Under the pieces are notes generated by a model. That model saw only the letters and a program-made list of their open reading frames with translations, was not told the DNA's origin and did no database searches. Positions 43,143-44,429 of a DNA stretch of 44,429 nucleotides are shown in pieces. The DNA comes from a virus (Duplodnaviria; Caudoviricetes): the IMG/VR virus record IMGVR_UViG_3300038556_000031, positions 1 to 44,429 of that record; one strand, written 5' to 3'. Both the position numbers and the translations under genes were made by a program. Numbering within the stretch: position 1 is the first letter of the stretch; the number at the start of each line of letters is the position of its first letter.

Positions 43143-44429
43143 CTATCCTAAAGCGGCCAGCGAACTAATAACCGCCGTAGTTCCGGTATTGTCGTATTTT
43201 AACAGGGTCTTATAGTCGGCGTGCCCGGTAATCTTGCGTAACAGGGCCACGGGTACGCCCTTTTCTAACAAAAGCGTTATGCCTGATCTGCGGGCGGTAT
43301 GGGAAGAAATAAACTGATACTTGGGCTTTTCCAATACTATTTTTTTGCTTGCCGCGTAACGGTTTATTTTTTGCGGGCTATTGATTCCGGCCAGGGCGGC
43401 GGCCTTCTTTAGCTGGCGGTTAAATACCTGCTTGGTCATAGTGGGTATTTTGTAATTATACTTTTCCAGAATGGGCACGGCCCCGGCACAAAAGCCGGAA
43501 AATGGCACGATTACGCTTTCTCGTTTTGAGCCCGTTTTTACCGTTTCAAACTGCCAGACAGTAACCCCGTTTACTACTACCAAATCCTTTTTGTTAAATG
43601 CCACTATGTCACTATACCGCTGGCAGGTAAAGACGGCAAAACAAAACATATCCCGTACTTTGCCCAATTCGGGCCGGGTGGAAAAATCGTAATTGTAAAA
43701 CCGTTCCAGTTCGGCAGCGGTTAATACTACGTTTTCGTGCTTGTTTTTGCGCTTGACCTCGAATTTACGGTAAACCGGATTTACCGGGTAATTGTAATCG
43801 GTGGCGAAACTTAAAAAGGTTTTCAGTATGGCGACGTTTTTATAGGTGGCCTCGTCGCGTAGTCCCTTGTCATACAAGAACTTTAAAAACCGATTGTAAA
43901 ACGCGGCGTCAATGTCGGCAAAGTCCACGGGGGCAACTTGGGCCGAATAGGCCAGTAAAAGCCGCTGTAGGGTCTTGTATGTCTTAATGGTATTCTCAGC
44001 TAGAAAACTCTTTTTCTCGTCTATAAAACGCTGTAATGCAGTGAAAATACTATTCTGCACCTTTTCCGAGATTTCGACGGCTTCGGCCTGCTTGGCCCGG
44101 TCTTCGCTGGCGGTTCTATAGCCTTCGGCGGTTAGCGGGTAATTGCCCGGCAGTAGGGCGGCAATCTGGCTAATTTCCTCTTTGATGTCTTGCAGTTGGT
44201 TGTAGAGCATGCCCCCGCCAGGGGCGGCAGGCTTGGGCATCTGGTTTTTTACGTCCCAATCGGCAAGGCAGGTACTTAGCCCGGTGGACACTTTAAATTC
44301 TTTGGTAATCGTTTTTAGCTTGCCTTCTATGGGCTGCTTTTCCGAAAGACTGCAAACGGCCTCTATGGGTTGTACTTTCTTCTTACCCGCCCCTTTCTGG
44401 CGAAGTCGGAAGCGAACGGAAATTTTCAT
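43143..44429 (-). CDS. int: Tyrosine recombinase / integrase
   Basis: Arm-binding KVSTGLS, SAM-like core, R (CQRYSD), K (TVKT), HTARR, ITGH, Y (LKYD). Confidence 0.95.
   Translation of the reverse strand: MKISVRFRLRQKGAGKKKVQPIEAVCSLSEKQPIEGKLKTITKEFKVSTGLSTCLADWDVKNQMPKPAAPGGGMLYNQLQDIKEEISQIAALLPGNYPLTAEGYRTASEDRAKQAEAVEISEKVQNSIFTALQRFIDEKKSFLAENTIKTYKTLQRLLLAYSAQVAPVDFADIDAAFYNRFLKFLYDKGLRDEATYKNVAILKTFLSFATDYNYPVNPVYRKFEVKRKNKHENVVLTAAELERFYNYDFSTRPELGKVRDMFCFAVFTCQRYSDIVAFNKKDLVVVNGVTVWQFETVKTGSKRESVIVPFSGFCAGAVPILEKYNYKIPTMTKQVFNRQLKKAAALAGINSPQKINRYAASKKIVLEKPKYQFISSHTARRSGITLLLEKGVPVALLRKITGHADYKTLLKYDNTGTTAVISSLAALG

Larger units (their letters stand above)
1..44429. mobile_element. 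Temperate myovirus-type prophage, Mu-like virion genes with tyrosine integrase (Bacteroidota host)
   Basis: Continuous tail, head, packaging, lysis, replication, immunity and integrase genes; no host housekeeping genes; ends not visible. Confidence 0.95.

Noticed and set aside
43143-44429. attL/attR, tRNA target
   Set aside because: Window is cut at the integrase start; no tRNA or terminal direct repeat visible

Overview
The whole window is a temperate contractile-tailed (myovirus-type) prophage of a Bacteroidota host, inferred from TTTG-N19/20-TAnnTTTG promoters, A-rich SD-less leaders and SprB/FN3/malectin-type domains. It runs from a tail-fibre gene (1-927) to a tyrosine integrase (43143-44429); att sites lie outside the window. 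Virion genes are Mu-like (Clp-type protease, capsid, sheath, tube, tape measure, baseplate on the minus strand; terminase, gp36, portal, gpF, gpG, gp37-like on the plus strand). No Mu transposase is visible; instead there are an integrase, repressor/Xis switch, ERF, SSB, initiator and helicase-loader ATPase. The most unusual features are non-coding: (1) a lambda-type iteron/IHF/AT-rich origin candidate inside the tail module, about 29 kb from an initiator gene that lacks its usual iteron linker; (2) an exact 14-mer (CCAATTAAAAATCA) before 19 gene starts; (3) a 16-bp palindrome (TGTAATGYRCATTACA) at 8 dispersed sites, two of them inside CDSs; (4) a family of near-identical promoter/operator cassettes driving small unknown genes, one of which drives an ORF-less ~100-nt RNA candidate. 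All family assignments come from motif recognition by eye, not database searches.
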